64,000 bases of DNA, from assembly GCA_013239625.1 (NCBI GenBank), contig MU053156.1, forward strand, positions 312,467-376,466, written 5' to 3'. How positions within the stretch are numbered: the first letter of the stretch is position 1; each line of letters starts with the position of its first letter. The position numbers were made by a program, and so were the translations under genes. This stretch comes from Lama guanicoe (Eukaryota). Under the pieces are notes generated by a model. It was not told where the DNA came from. It did not search any database and saw only the letters and a program-made list of their open reading frames with translations. Shown piece by piece: positions 38,081-52,769 of this stretch.

Positions 38081-40699
38081 AATGTCCGTGTGCTGGGGTG
38101 CGTGAGGCCATAAAGGGAGGTCCCCAGGACACAGGGTCACAGGGAAGTGGCCCTGAAGGTGCAGCCAGAAGTGGACACATTCATGAAGGTCACCCCTGCT
38201 CCCCTGGGCAGGCTGTGAGGGCTGGCGGCTCCCTGGGCAGGACACACCCATCGCCCCACCCCAGAGAGCTTGCAGCCGGACTTCAGGGGGAAAGGGGGCT
38301 TGAGGCCACCTCCTTTCCCACGTGGACATGATGCAGCCATTGTAAGTGCAGGACACACAGCCCCATGGGCCCACCTCGGACAGGTTTTATCACTGTTGCC
38401 CTCCATCCCAGGAAATTTGCCACAAATTCAGACACTGCCAGCCTGACCCTCCTCCCATCCGTGTCTCCGGGCCTGGGGTCTGCACCCCCATGGAATGCTG
38501 AGCCCCCAGCACTTGCAGATGCCTTCAGAGCTCCCCAGATCCCCATCTGGGCAGGCTGGACGGGTCTGAGCCCGGGGATCCTGGCCGGACAGATGTCAGC
38601 ACGTGCTCCAGACACGGTGGGTGTGGGAGCTGTGGTGCCGGGTCACATGTCTGCATAAGTGTGCAGATATGTGCAATGCGTGCACACACCTGTGTGAGTG
38701 AGTGCGCACATGTGAGTGTGTGCACACCTGTGTAAGTGCACATGTGTGTGTATGTGTGCAAATGTGTGTGTGCCTGTGATTTCTTTCCCACTCCATCCCC
38801 CTAAGACACAAAGGGGCTACTTTTTTAATGGCTGCTGTTCACTTCTGAGAAAATCAGTATTTGGGGGATCTGACATTTCTGAAGACTTCTTTCAGCTTTA
38901 TTGTGTAAAAAATTTTTTGGACCAAAGCATTATTTCTAACTCTCACCCCAATTCATTCATCAAGTTGTCACCACAGCCCAGCTTTTGGTACCTTCCAGCT
39001 GTCACATGTACATGGTGGGGAGCAAGTGGCTGCTGAGCAGGCAGGATGGAGCAGGTGTGCACGGCGGGGAGCAGCCCACGGGGGCCCAGCTACAACCTGT
39101 GTTCCTGGAGGGATGGTGGGAACTGCAGGGAGCGGGCGGCAGCCAGCAGAGGAGCAGGAAGAAGAGAAGAAAGATGTGTGGGGAGGGTTTGCCGGCCCCC
39201 TACACCTGCCCCATCCTGGCAGGCATCCCTGTGGCACTCTGCTCATGTGTCAGCTTTAGCAGAGCTGTGTCTTTGGTGGAGCTGGCCTGGTGCACAGCAT
39301 GGCCGCGAGGGTGGCACAGGGTATCGTCATCCTCTGTGGGTTGGGCACCTGCAGGGATGACCTATCATCTCTCCCAGGAGGAGCTCAGGACAGAGGCACA
39401 AAGGCTGCAGAAAGAGCCACCCCAGAAGTTGCCCCATCCAGAGTCAAGGGCTTTGCCTCACTCGGACCAGTGAGCCTGAGGGCTGCCATCCACCCACGAC
39501 CACATCCAGTGCAGGGACAGGCCCTGGCCAACTCTGCTCTGGCCACACTCACTCAATAAGCCAAACACGCCTGCGTGTTTCAGCTGCTCCAAACCAGTGA
39601 GCACCCATGCAGACAGCCCGGAATCCATAAATGACTTTGCTCCTGAAATGAACTTCCTAACGTAGCTCCCACACATTGTTACTGAGATTTCAAGGAACTC
39701 CTGTATGCCAGGTACTGCATGAATAAACTATAATATTGTAACAACCTTCTAACTGATGTTAATAAAAATGGTTTTTACATGCCAGAGGGTAAAATTACTT
39801 TATAGAAAAATTCTTAGTTGTTTACTTTCTTTAAATATGATGTCTCAATGACTTTAAATATCAATATTAGTGACATAAAGACATTTTCTAAAATTATACA
39901 CAAACTATTGTTTTTCTACCTGAATCTTCCATACCATCTTCCACGCTGTCTGAGTATTTATTTCCCGTGCATTACACTGCTGGACTTGGCTCAGCCTCCC
40001 ATCGTGGAAACCAAGGATGCATGCACAACAATCATGCCTCAAAAATTTACAATAAAGACCAGAAACGTGCCACACGGCATGACAGGAGCTTGCTTGAGAC
40101 CACACGTCCCTCCTGCGCCCACGCACCGGGAGGCAGGACTCCTCTGCCTCCTTCCAGCGCCACAAGGCCAGGTGCCGGCTGACCAGGGACCCAGCTGCTC
40201 AGAGCCCTGAAGTGTTCTCACCAGCACCAGAAGCTGTTCCTCTGCCTTGCCTCCTCTTTCCCGTGGAGAACCCCGCAGAGGCTCAGCCTGAGCCCCTCCG
40301 CTCCACCCACCCCCCTTCTGCCTCGTCCTGAGACCTGGTCCCCTCCACCCACCCTGCATGCGGTCCGTTGACTCCAGAGAACCCAGGAGTAATGCTGACC
40401 TTTTTGGTGACATCAGCCACTGTCAGTCACCTTCACACATGAAGACATCTGCACAGAACACTCTCAAGATGTGGTCCTTTACATTCAGCTGCTCTACCTG
40501 ACTTCATGCTTCACAGCTTGTGCATTTTGTACTGCTTACAGGTAATCTTCTCTTTTTTACTGCTGAGTAATACTCCATCCTACAGAAATAGGGCACTTTG
40601 TTTATCCACTCATCTACTGGTGAATGTTTGGGTGATTTCCATTTTATTTGGCATTTCCCTGATGGCTAATGATGCTGATCATCTTTTCATGTGCTTTTT

Positions 40700-40835
40700 A
40701 AGTTTATTTTTTATTCTTTTTTGGGGGGAGGTAATTAGGTTTATTTATTTATTCAATAGAGGCACTTGGGATTGAACCTAGGACCTCATGCCTCCTCCTA
40801 GGCACTCGCTCTACCCCTGAGCTACACCGTCTCCC
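40700..40835 (-). mobile_element. tRNA-Ala-derived SINE (Vic-1-like)
   Basis: ggggggaggtaattaggtttatttattt...gggattgaacctaggacctcatg...ctctacccctgagctacacc. Confidence 0.8.
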
Positions 40836-41189
40836 TTCTTTTCATGTGTTATTGTCCATTTGTACATCTTCTTTGGAGAAATAGCTTCTCAAATATTTTG
40901 TCCATTTAAAAAAAAAACATGTTTAATTGTTGAATTGTAAGGGATCTCTATATACCCTGGATTGACAATCCTTTATCAAATGTACGATTTGCAAATGTTT
41001 TCTCCCATTCTGTGGGTTCTTCTGTCATTTTCTTCATGGTGTCTTTCAAAGCAAACAAAAATTTAATTTTGAAGAAATCCAATGTATCTATTTTTTGTCA
41101 TGTATGCTTTTAATGTCATATATAAGAAAATATCTTCTAACCCAAGGCCATAAAAATTTATTCATATGCTTTAAGTTTTGTCATTTTGT

Positions 41190-41280
41190 AGGGGAGGATG
41201 TAGCTCGGGATAGAGCTTGTGCTTAGCATGTACAAGATTCTGGTTTCAATCTCAGTGGCTCCATTAAAAAATTTAAAAAA
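41190..41280 (+). mobile_element. tRNA-Ala-derived SINE (Vic-1-like)
   Basis: ggggaggatgtagctcgggatagagcttgtgcttagcatgtacaag...ctccattaaaaa. Confidence 0.78.
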
Positions 41281-44200
41281 GAGGTTAGTATTTTTAACTC
41301 TTACATTTGGGTCTATGATTCATTGTGAGTTACTCTTTATCTTTGGTGTGAGTTAGGAGCCCAACTTCAGGCCTTGGCATACGGCTATTCAGTTTTTTCA
41401 GCATTATTTGTTCTTTCTCCCACTGGATTTTTCTTGCCCACCATCCCCCTTGAAAATCAATTTACCATAAATGTGAGGGGTTCTTTCTAGTCTACAAATT
41501 GTATTCCATTGATCTACATGTACCACTTGTGGGTGTTATGCGAGAGCCACAGTGTCTTAATTACAGTAACTTTGGAGTCAGTTTTGAAACCAGCAAGTGT
41601 GAGTCTTCTAAATGTATCATTTTTCAATATTGTCCTGGTCTTTCAGATCACGAGTGTTTATGAATTTTAGAATCCATTTGTCAATTAGTGACAAAAAGGC
41701 ACCTGGATTTTGAAAGGGATTGCACTGCCTATGGATTCCTTTGGAGAAATAGCACCATTTTAGAAAATGTGATGTCTCCTGATATGTGACAGGGCTGTCT
41801 TGCCGTTTGTTTAGGTCTTCTTTCATTTCTCTTAGCAATATTTTATATATTTCATGTATCAATTTTCATTCATTTGTAAACTTATTCCAAGGTAGATAGT
41901 TATCTTGTCTGTGAAAACAAGCCATGTTGCTAATGTATTTTTCATCTGTGTGGGTTAAGCCCTTCCCCCCTTAATGCCCTGGAAAGACCTCTGGTACAAT
42001 TCTGCACAGAAGTGGGAAGAGTACGCATCCTCACCTTAGTCCTGATCTTAAGGGGGAAATACTCATCTGCTTATTCTCCTCCCGTGCTCCAGCCCAGGGC
42101 CTCTGCTCACTTCCTCTTCACGCCAGCAAGCATCTCCCTGTTCTGTCTCCTCCTTCCCCCAAAAGGGGAGCTTTCCCACATCCCTCCCCTGATTCCACAA
42201 AAACAGAATGACATCTGGGAGACATGGTCTTTGTGGAAGAGAGTTTTTAAAAAATGCTACCAGATTAATATTTTCTATATATTAATGAGGAACATATGTG
42301 GCAGTGTACACTTTATATAAATTACAAAGCTTGCAAAAATATAAGGGACACGATTCTATTAATAATTATTCAGAGAAATGGAAAGTGAAGAGAAAACATT
42401 GAAGATGGCTTTGCTTTTTGCCCAAGTCAGCTCTGGGCTTAGTCAGGTCAATGGGGTGACTCTGGGAGAACCCCAAGTCCATTGTCAGTGTCCTGGAAAG
42501 TCCTAACAGTGGCCACACTGATAGTACCTGGGGCAGAGGCGGGTGGTCAACACGGCAGGACCTGTGAGAAAAGTCCTGTCTCCATTCCGACTTGTTCAGG
42601 AACTTCTATGCCCCAGGCCGAAGATCTGGCGAGGACAGTACTGAAAGCTGAAGTGTGGAGAGGTCCAAACTAAGAGTCAGAAAGAGCCTCTCCTTCCCTT
42701 GTTTTTCCCTGTTAGAGGGACACTCTGCCACATCTCTGTGCAGATCTGTCCCAGTATCTTGTGGCTCATGACCGAGTCACCAAAGGTAAGAAGTCTAGTG
42801 CTTCAGCAAGAGAGATGTGGGCCAAAATAGCCTTCAAGGCCAAAGCTCAAGTTTCTGAAGAAATAGATTTATTTCTAAAATTAGCATCTTTCCAAAGGAG
42901 ATCACGATCTGCAAAGCACTCACTGTCACAGCCCGAGAGGACAGGACCAGGCTGAATTTGGGTTGCTTATGAGAGGTGGTCAGCTCTTTTCAAAAGCCAA
43001 GCAGAATTTTGTAGGATCAAGGGCCTCTGGATAAACCTTCCTCACACAATAACTCCTAAAAAAGAAGACTCAGAAAGTGTGGCAGCCACCTGACCCTTTA
43101 GTCATCCTGTGATTAATGAACTCAAATATTTACCAAGTTTGAGAATGTGCCACACAGTGGGCTAGGAAAGCCAGGATGAGTAAGACGGTCCCATCACCAG
43201 AACATCTGATGCTAAACAGACATGCAGCTCAGACGCTGTGCTGAGTGGATGGAGCTGCAGGGCACTTTCCTTAATGTGGCTTCCATGTCTCTCATGTGTC
43301 ACCCAGGACCTGAACCCAGCTTGGGCTCAAACTCCACAGAAACGAAGCCCGTCATTCTTTCCACCCCAAAGCAGTAGAAATTCCAGGAGTAAATGAAGTT
43401 CCCCTGACATCCACCAGTTTGTTTATTTCGCGTTTTTTCTGGGTGGACATTCCTCTATTTCTGGACAGTGGCAAGTTTGGAGAACATTTTGGTTGGTAGA
43501 ACAAGTCATGTTCAGAGACCAAATTTAAAGGCAGTGCAGCCTTAGCACCTGGCCGTGGGTCAGGCTGTCACAGGCTCTGGTGGCTTAATCCTGAAGAATA
43601 TTTAGAATTGCTGTTTTCTCCAAGGAGCCCATTAAAAGCCCCTTGGGGTCATTGGGACCCTCTCACCACTCTCTCCAGTGCAGTTCTCAATGCTCAAAGC
43701 CACACTTGTAGTTCAAGAGCCTGTTCACCTCAGAAATGGGCAGTTGACAAGTGATGCTGTGGGCTTGCAGCTGGAAGTTTGAACTCCTTGGCTCGTCTCC
43801 CTCGGATGGCATCCAATGACATCGTCCAGCTGGAACAGAAGAGTGCGAGGTTACCACGTGGCCCTCGGTGTCATCTGCAACCCGGCCTCCAGGTTGTTTG
43901 TGGCTGTTTTTAAAACTAGCCTTTCCCCTGGGATGAGAAACCAGGATTCTATGACAGTGACTGTTAACCACAGTCCTCTCAGAAGCCTGAGGAGTTGACC
44001 CCCACTTGTCTCCACTCCTCCTGACTGACCAGTTATGAGAACTTAAGTGGGAGCTGAGGGCCCAGAGTAAAGCTGCAAACAGCCCATCATTCAGAGTCAG
44101 GCCCTCTCTGAGAAGTTATGTTCATAACAAGATACTATTTATAGTAAGTTTTGTGATTGCTTCTATGCAAATTATTTCTAAATAATGGCTATTAAATTCT

Positions 44201-44759
44201 TCATGTGGCAAAAATTATATGACTGCTATAATTGCGTATATTCATGGGCAGAATAAAGACTCCATGTGAGTGACCTCAAGCTCCAAAGTGAGGGTTGAAA
44301 TGGATGGCATTTTCTCAGGGAGCATCTGTTTAGACGGTGCTGGTCAAGCTGTCCTTTTCCTTCACCCGGGCAGGGCCTGCACAGGGTCATTAGGATGGGC
44401 CATGAGTCTGGAGATCAGAGTTTTAGCCCCGGTGAGTGACCGTGGGCAGGCTGTGCACACTGTGGAGTGTCAACTTTTCTGTGTGTAAAGTGAAAAAAAC
44501 AAGCCATTGTCCTAGGGATCAGGTTATTATTTTCCTACAACTAAACGCCATATATTCAGAAGGTACTAAAACTCAGTGACCCATAAAGAGGAGTCATAAG
44601 GAAGGAGATTTCTTCACAATGTATGGATTTTCAGACAAATGACAATGAAATAATGAATGCTCTGGAATTTAAAAACTAAATAAATGCTCGGTACTTATAA
44701 CCTAAGATGATATACAAAGAATTTTCCATTCTTCATATATTTCTGTTTGAAAAAGGTTT

Positions 44760-46397
44760 CCTCACAAAAAACCCCAAATAGCCAACACAATCTTGAAAAA
44801 GAAGAACGGAGCTGGAGAAATCATGCTCCCTGACTTCAGACTATATTACAAAGCTACAGTAATCAAAGCAGAATGGTACTGGCACAAAAACAGACACAGA
44901 GATCAATGGAACAGGATAGAAAATCCAGAAATTAACCCACACATATATGGTCAATCTACAACAAAGAAGACAAGAATATACAATGGAGAAAAGGCAGTCT
45001 CTTCAGTAAGCGGTGCTGTGAATACCAGACAACTACCTGTAAAAGATTGAAAGTAGAACATTCTCCAATACCATGTACAAAAATAAACTCAAAATGGATG
45101 AAAGACCTAAATATAAGACCAGATACTACAAAACTCCTAGGGGAAAACACAGGCAACACTCATGGACATACATTACAGCAAAATATTTTTTGAACCAGCT
45201 CTTTGAATACTGGAAATAAAAGCAAAAATAGACAACTGGGATCTGATTAAACTTAAAATCTTTTCCACAGCTGACGAAACCATCAACAACATGAAAAAAC
45301 AACCTACAGAATCGGAGAAAACATTTGCAAATGATGTTACTGACAAGGGACTAATTTCCAAAATATACAAACAGCTCATACACCTTGTATCAAAGAAACA
45401 AGCAACCCGATCCAAAAATGGGCAGAAGACCTAAACAAGCAATTCTCCAGTGAAGACATACAAATGGCCAATAGGCACATGAAAAAAATGCTCAGTATCA
45501 CTCATTGTAAGAGAAATGAAGATCAAAACTACAATGAGGTATCACCTCACAACAGCCAGAATAGCCGTCATTGACAAGTCTACAAGTGATAGATGCTGAA
45601 GAGGGTGTGGAGAAAAAGCAACCCTCCCACACCGTTGGTGTGAGTGTAGACTGGTGCAGTGAGTGTAGATGGAGGACAGTATGGAGGTTCCTTTAAAAAC
45701 TGAAAATAGACTTACCATGTGTTCCAGCAATCCCACTCCTGTGCATATATCCAGAGAAAAACAAAATTCAATAAGACACCTGCACCCCAATGTTCACAGC
45801 AGCACTATTTACAATAGCCAAGACATGGAAACAGCCCAAATGTCTATCAACAGATGCCTGGATAAAGAAGCTCTGGTACATATATACAATGGAACACTAC
45901 TCAGCCATAAAAAAGAATAAAATAATGCCTTTACAGCAATATGGATGGACCTGAAGATAGTCATTCTAAGTGAATTGGACCGGAAAGAGAAAGAAAAATG
46001 CCATATGACATCATTTATATGAGGAATCTAAATAATAATAATAATAATAATAATAATGACACTAATGAACTACTTATTATTTATAACTAAGATGATTGAT
46101 TTCTTGAATATGTGTAAGCACATTTGACTGTCCTTTATGATTGGATTACCGCATTCTGCTGATTCTTATTTTGTGTTTGGCTTTATTCCTTTGATAACTA
46201 TGTAAATTTAAAAAGCTAAAGCTCTAATCTGTTCTTAGAAACAGTAACGAGTACATATATGTAAACTAAAAATATGTGCAGTATACTGTATACATGTATC
46301 CACATGCAATGTAAGGTGTATGTGCAGTCAAACTGTAATAACTACCTAATAAAACTGAAAAATGGGGGGAAAAAAGGAAAGAAGGAAGAAAAAAAAT
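44760..46397 (+). mobile_element. 5'-truncated L1 (ORF2 C-terminus and 3' UTR) with a distinctive 3' tail and poly(A)
   Basis: [54 protein letters not shown] near 46348; A-rich tail; the tail matches 61345-61640(-). Confidence 0.9.
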
Positions 46398-46782
46398 CAC
46401 CTAAAGCAAAATGTCTCTTGAACTAACCCTGCAAAGTGATCACTGTGTGAATTGACAGGGCTTCTTTGTGCGTCCCTGTGACTGAGCAACTGGTTTGCTT
46501 ACAGGAGGGCATAGTTGGGGTCTGAATCTCGGTATTAATATTGGTACAAGTTACTACAATTCATTTAATAGACTACAGCTCTAATTTCAGCCAAAATATA
46601 TTTCTAAGCTTAGACATAAATTGTGCCATAAACCTGACTTTTAACCTAGTCTAAAATCTCACAGAAGGGTATGTGTCAGCAAGGGAAGAAATTGTGGTAT
46701 CAGTATGTAGCCATTCTTTCAGTGAAAGAACAAAAAACAAAACAAAAGGGTTTCCTTGCCCCTCCTTGGCTGTGTTATAAAG

Positions 46783-46958
46783 CAGTGGTTCTGGAGTCTG
46801 GCTGGAGATTAGAATCATGTAGATGGTTACAAAATATCAGATGTCTAGGCTGTGCCTCTGATCAATAAGATTAGGATCTCTGGGAGAGGAAACCAGGCAT
46901 CAGCACTTTTTAAAGCTCTCCTGGTGATTCTAACACTCAACCAAGTTGGAGAACCATT
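46783..46958. mobile_element. MER5A-like hAT DNA transposon
   Basis: Termini cagtggttct...agaaccattg; attagaatca...ccaggcatcagcactttttaaagctctcctggtgattcta. Confidence 0.75.
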
Positions 46959-47151
46959 GTTAGAAGATTTCCTGTTACTTGTTCAATCAGTCCTCTGCTT
47001 CTTTGCTGGTTTCACCTCCTCCCTCCAACCCTTACCCAGGTACTCCTCGAAGCTCAAGGTAGAAATTCCTTTATCAGATATGGTAGGGACTAGTAATTGG
47101 CTCATTATGTCAAAATTGATTAAAGCAAGGAATCACTTTAAAAAATTCATG

Positions 47152-47650
47152 CTGTTGTGGATGGCAGGGAAAGGCTGCCCCCCCCGTCCCAAAGTGCCCA
47201 CCCTTTTGCAACACGACATTGCTGCTCCTCTCAGCACGAGCTCAGGTTTGTACTCACCACTTTGACTCTGATGTGGTCTTCTGACTTGCACTGATCATGG
47301 AATTCAGCAGGTGTGATGCTGTGGAATTCTAAGTCCAGGCTATGCAATTTCTGTCCTTGCTCCCCTGGGTACCACCCTGAAGCCAGTGCATGAGGAAACC
47401 CAGGCCAGTCCCTTGAGGACGTTGGACCACAAGGAGGGCTGGCCAACCGACAGCCAACATCGGTGCCATGAATGTGGCTAAGACCATCCTAGACCACAGG
47501 CTCCAGGCAAGTCCCCAGGTGGCCCAGCCACATGATGTACCCTGTGAACCTCGGCTTTAAATGTGGAGCCACAGACTCGCCAGCAAGTAAGATGAGTGCT
47601 ATTCTGAGCCACAAAGTTTTCAGCTGGTTGTCACACATAACTGAGTCACA
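47152..47650 (+). mobile_element. MLT1-type MaLR LTR remnant
   Basis: gccatgaatgtggctaagaccatcctagacc...gagccacaaagttttcagctggttgtcac; boundaries approximate. Confidence 0.5.
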
Positions 47651-47848
47651 TGTACAGAAATGTTATTCTGGCTTGAACAATCTTCAGTCGCATGATGGAG
47701 GCCTTTTTATTTTAAACAAAGGGTCATCAATTAGTATTTTCTTTCTGTTCCTATATTATCTTTCTTGCATAAATCACACCCATAATATGGCTTCTGCAAT
47801 TCCAAGTTTTGGAATTTTCAAGCTAGTTCAAGAAGTTAAGGGCATTTG

Positions 47849-47943
47849 TGGGGGGTGGGGGTGGCTCAGAGGTAGACTGTGCTTAGCATGCGTGAGGTCC
47901 TGGGATCAATCCCCAGTACCCCTATCAAAAAAACAAAACAAAG
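47849..47943 (+). mobile_element. tRNA-Ala-derived SINE (Vic-1-like)
   Basis: gtggctcagaggtagactgtgcttagcatgcgtgaggtcctgggatcaatccccagtacc plus A tail; partial TSD atttgtgg. Confidence 0.82.
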
Positions 47944-48563
47944 ATATTTGTGGAGTAATCTGATCCAGATTCTTTCTCAAATTTTACACTATTTTCCCAA
48001 ACAATTCCAGTTTTCTCCTCTACACGTAACTTGGTAGCATATTTTAATGACTCACTCTTATCAAGTTTTTCCAAAGTATTTTCAATCTGATTTTCCTAGA
48101 AAAACTCCTCTTTTTGTACTCACATTTAATCAGCTTACGCTTTAGTTAAATTATGGAATTATAACATGCACAGTTGGCACAAATGGGTTTAGGGACAAGC
48201 ACTACTGGTTTTTGTTAAGCACAAAACTACCTGGGAGGGGAAATACAAGACATACTGGTCGGCTCACGAGCAGCCCTCACTCAGCACGCCTGAACGTGGT
48301 CACCACATGTTGCGATTTGGATGAGGGGAAGCCATGAAGATGCTGCCTTTTACACCTGGTTCTCATCCTTTATATGGTACTACGTGCCCTCCCCCTTCAA
48401 GGCATGTCCGCAGCCATTGTTTCAGATCAGTTTCAGAGGTAGAACTAAACTCTGGATTTTTGGAGCTGCAAACTTCTTCCCCCTCAATTTCTGACCCTGA
48501 TCTTCTATTACACATGTGGGCTGAAATGATTATTTACACACTGTTGTATCACTACTCCTCAGC

Positions 48564-48992
48564 TGTGCCAGTTAATGTTATGTGTCAACTTGGCTTAGCC
48601 ACACTTCCCACGTGTTTGGTCAAACATCAGCCTAGATGTTGCTCTGAAGGTAGTTTTAGATGAGATTAACATTTAAATCAGTTGACTTCAGGTAAAGCAG
48701 ATTGCCCTGCAGAGTGTGGGTGGTTCTCACCCAAGTTGAAAGTCTTAAAAGAAATACTGACGTCCCCTGAGGAAGAAGGAATTGTACCTCTGGACAGACT
48801 GGAGTCTCTGGCTGCAGCATCAGCTCTCCCCTGGGCCCGCTGTCTGCTTCTGGACCTGCAGGATTCAGACCTGCCAGCCCTACAATCTCATGAGCCCTTT
48901 GCTTAATGTAGTTACCTACGTACCTGTCTAGCTATCTAGCCATCACCTACCTAGCCTGTTGATTCTGTTTCCCTAGAGAACCCTGGCTGGTG
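48564..48992 (+). mobile_element. MLT2-type ERVL LTR
   Basis: gttaatgttatgtgtcaacttggc...tttggtcaaacatcagcctagatgttgct...gtaaagcagattgccc...ctgtttccctagagaaccctg. Confidence 0.8.
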
Positions 48993-51279
48993 CTGGTGCC
49001 TTAGTCTTTCTTCTCCAGAGTGTAAGCTATTTAATGCAGTGACCAGAACTGTTCCTTGTACAAGCGTGTACCTGCTGTCAGCCTGTGGTAGTTCATTGAG
49101 GGCAAGACTATGTACATCGTTTGTGTTTTAGGTCTATCACAGTGTCTGACACTATAAATGTTTCTTTAATGAATAAATCTCTTATAATCAGATGATTGAT
49201 TAATAGCCACTGAGAGAAAATGTAAGTAGAGATGTTTAAATCCTATGCGATGCCCAGATGAGCATTGCCACCCGAGCTACATGCAGCAAACATAGCGTTG
49301 ACAGCCCACAAAGTTCTAAAAGAAAGCCAACTTGGATTTTGGTTTAATGTTTTCTTTCCAGAAATAAATATTTACAGAAGGAATATGAAGGTATTGAAAT
49401 TCAAAATAGGCAGTTTTAAGGAAAATATTTTCTGTACACAAACATAGTAAACCTATAATATTTCTTACTGTTAGGAGATTTTAAAGATTGAAACTGTAAT
49501 TTCAAAAAAGATATGGATAGATTTGTGGCTATCTTATTTCTTACAAGGAAATTATAACTATTCATGGCACATTAGCATTTTGAAACTGACATTGTAGAAA
49601 GTATTCCCATTTTTTAACAGAAAAAATGTGGAAGTAGAGACTGAACCTTGGGTGGATTTCACTGCAGTTCTATCAAATATATAATTTTAATGTTCAGAAT
49701 ATAAAGATTAAAGGTCATAAGTGGGTATCTGTGAAAACCAAATGAACTCTAAAGTTGTATTTTTATGTGATACTTTCTTTTTACATTAACAGATTTTTTA
49801 ACATGTGTTATAACAAAGAGAAAACTCACTCCATTATGTCACTTAGGTACCCAACGGCAAAGAGAAATAGGTTTAATAGTTTTTCCCCAGTAGTATGGAG
49901 AGGGAATGGGTCATGATTACAATACAGGTTGATACGTTTCAGGTTATTTTCAACTCAAGAAAACGGCAAGCTTCCATATTATATCATTTATATGTAATTC
50001 CATATATGAAGTGTGCTTCTTGAATCTCCAAGGATCTGGCTTAGATGCTTGAGATCAGCTATTGTCAAGTGCAAGCAGTAATTCACTACATATTTGAATA
50101 TGGTGCTGAAACTATTAAGGCTTATAAGAGGTAGCCTCTTGGTAACCACGATAACTTCTCTTTGATAGGAAATTTCTTTGCTTTAAAAAAAAAAGGTGCT
50201 GATGGCTATGCAGTAGTAAAATGTCAGGCTTCAAACTAAAATTGCATATTGGGTATCATGGGAATTTAGTGGGACAAAGTTGCCAAATATCTATAATTCT
50301 TCCCGCCACTACCAAGCCTCAGAGTTATGTAGTTATTTCAAATTCATAGAATTCTTACATTCATAAACCTATGAGAAGAAAATAGAGCAGAATGTTTCAC
50401 AATCTTTGAAAATGGGAGGTCTAAATATTATACCAAAACTATAAATTATAAAGGAAAAAAATAATAAACATGACCAAAAAAACTAGTGATTAGTACTGGA
50501 TATGAGACAAGTGTGAGAAAAAGCACAACCTATATGACAAAGAGCTAAAATTATTCATTTATATGAAGAACCTTTAGAAAGAGTAATCATGAGTAACACG
50601 ATGACCAACATGGTAAAGGGCCGCAGACTTGAATGGACAGTTAGAAGAGTAAACAATGACTCGTGAATGTGAAAAACGTGCTACTTCAACAAAATAAGTG
50701 GCATTTAAACTAATGACATATGATTTGATACGTTTTAGGTTGGCAGAGACTAAAGAGTGGGACTGCACCTGGAGCTGACAGTAACCGAATGAAACAGGTG
50801 CTCTTCTGAACTGTCATTGGGGCTGTAAATTTTACATTAATAAATTAACAGTCATTATGGAAGATGAATTTGCAACATTCTTTTTTTTGAGAAGTAATTA
50901 TCATGTAAAAACATTCTCTAAAAATTTTTTACTTATCCTAAAATTTTAGCTATTTATACTAAAATGGAAAGCAAGATAGCCAAACGTATTAAGTTTTATG
51001 TGACGTGACAGTGAATGGGCTGTGAGCGAGGAGGGCTCGCAGCAGACTTGATGAATGAAGTGTATGAGCTTGCGTGCGGGGACTGAATTCTATTGTTGCG
51101 TCCTATTGTATTTGCATCTCAGCTGCGCTCTGTACAGATGAGCTTGCAGGTAGGGACTTAGGTAAAGAAATGGTTGCTGTTTTCTAAAGTGTTTATGAAC
51201 AAAGACATTATTTGTGTCCCCTTTGAATCATAGGATTTCAGGTCATATATTATTTCTGGGCCCAATTCCATTCTCAAAA

Positions 51280-52320
51280 TGTAAAACTCACAATTTCATA
51301 GTGTATGATTCAGTGGGTTTTTGTATATTCATGTGGTTTTGCAGCCATCAGCACTAATTCCAGCAAATTTTCATCACCTTCCAAAGAAATTCCTAACCCA
51401 CTGGCACTCACTCCCCACTCCTCCTCTCTCCAGTGCCTGGAAACCACTACCCGACGTTCTGGCTCTGTGGCTTTGCCTGTTCTGGACAAGCACAGTGGAC
51501 TCAGAATACGTGGCCCTGTGGGTCTGACCTCCATGTTAGCATAACGTCGTCAAGGTTGTCCACCTTACAGCACCTGTCAGCATGTTATTTTTCGTAGCCA
51601 AATAATTATTCCATTTTATGAATAACACAACGTTTTGATCATCTATTCAACTGTTGATGGACATCTGAGAGGTTTTCATGTTTTGGCAGTTGTGCATAGA
51701 GCTGTACTGAACATACACGTACAAGTTTTTGTTTGAGGACCTGTTTTCAGCTCTTTCACATGTACACCTAGGAGTGGAATTCTGGGTCCTCCGGTGACTC
51801 CACATTTACTTTTTGAGGACGTGCCGAACTGTTTTCCAAGCTGGCGGCACCATTTTACATCCCACCAGGAAGACACCCTGCTGTGGAGTCAGAGTTCCGG
51901 TTTCCTCACATCTTCACCAACGCGTGTAATTAGCTCACCTTGTGACTCTAACCACCCTAACTAGTGCGCACCGACACCTCATCAGGGCTCCGATTGGCAG
52001 CCCCTGTTTACTAATGATGTCAAGACTTTTGCTCATTTGTACATCATCTTTGGAGAAATACCTAATCAGATCTTTTGTCCATTTTAACTGGGTCATTTTT
52101 TATTACGTACGTGTAACTGTCCTTTACCTGTTCTAGATACAATCCCTTATCAGGCAGACGGTGTTCACATATTTTCTCCTGTTCTGTGGGTTGTCTTTTT
52201 CACTTTCTTGACAGTGCCCTTCGAAGGTCAGAAGTTCTTAATTTTTATGGAGTTCAGTATTTTCTTTAGTTGCTATGCTTTTAGTGCCACATCTAAGAAA
52301 CCGCTGCGGACACTGAAGTC
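51280..52320 (-). mobile_element. L1MB-like 3' end
   Basis: Typical antisense L1 3' UTR (gtacacctaggagtggaatt...ttttacatcccacca...ctttggagaaatacctaatcagatc). Confidence 0.75.
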
Positions 52321-52769
52321 ACACTGCCCTGGGCAGCAGCGACTAATACACTTCCATGTGAATGTCTCAGAAGTGCTCCCAGGAGCCACCTCAGCCCTGG
52401 GAGACACCACTTAGGTGAGAAGAGGGCCAGCCGTTCGAGCTGGTCCCCAGGAAGGCACAGGCAGGCAAGATGATCAGCAACCATTCCTCGTGCCTGGGTC
52501 CAGTCTGCCCTTTCTTGTCCCGGTCCCGGTGCAAGGCTGTGGGTGGTCATCCTCACAGCCTCTGCCATGCTGGGGGGCAGGGACTCGGACCCAGGGAGGT
52601 AAACCCTCTGTTCTTACAGAGTTTCAGGCAGCTTTTCTTAAGTACTTCCTTGGTTGCTGAATGCTTTGGGTTAGTTTCCAGAACTCAAAAAAAGTTTATT
52701 GTGATAGTTTTGCTAGTTTAGTCATGATTTCCTCGAGGCATAAACATCTGGATTTCCTCACTCTGCCAT

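Larger units (their letters stand above)
40450..42060 (-). mobile_element. L1 3' half, interrupted by two SINEs
   Basis: ttggcatttccctgatggctaatgatgctgatcatcttttcatgtgc...; ORF 41617-41862(-) YKILLREMKEDLNK is ORF2-like. Confidence 0.8.
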
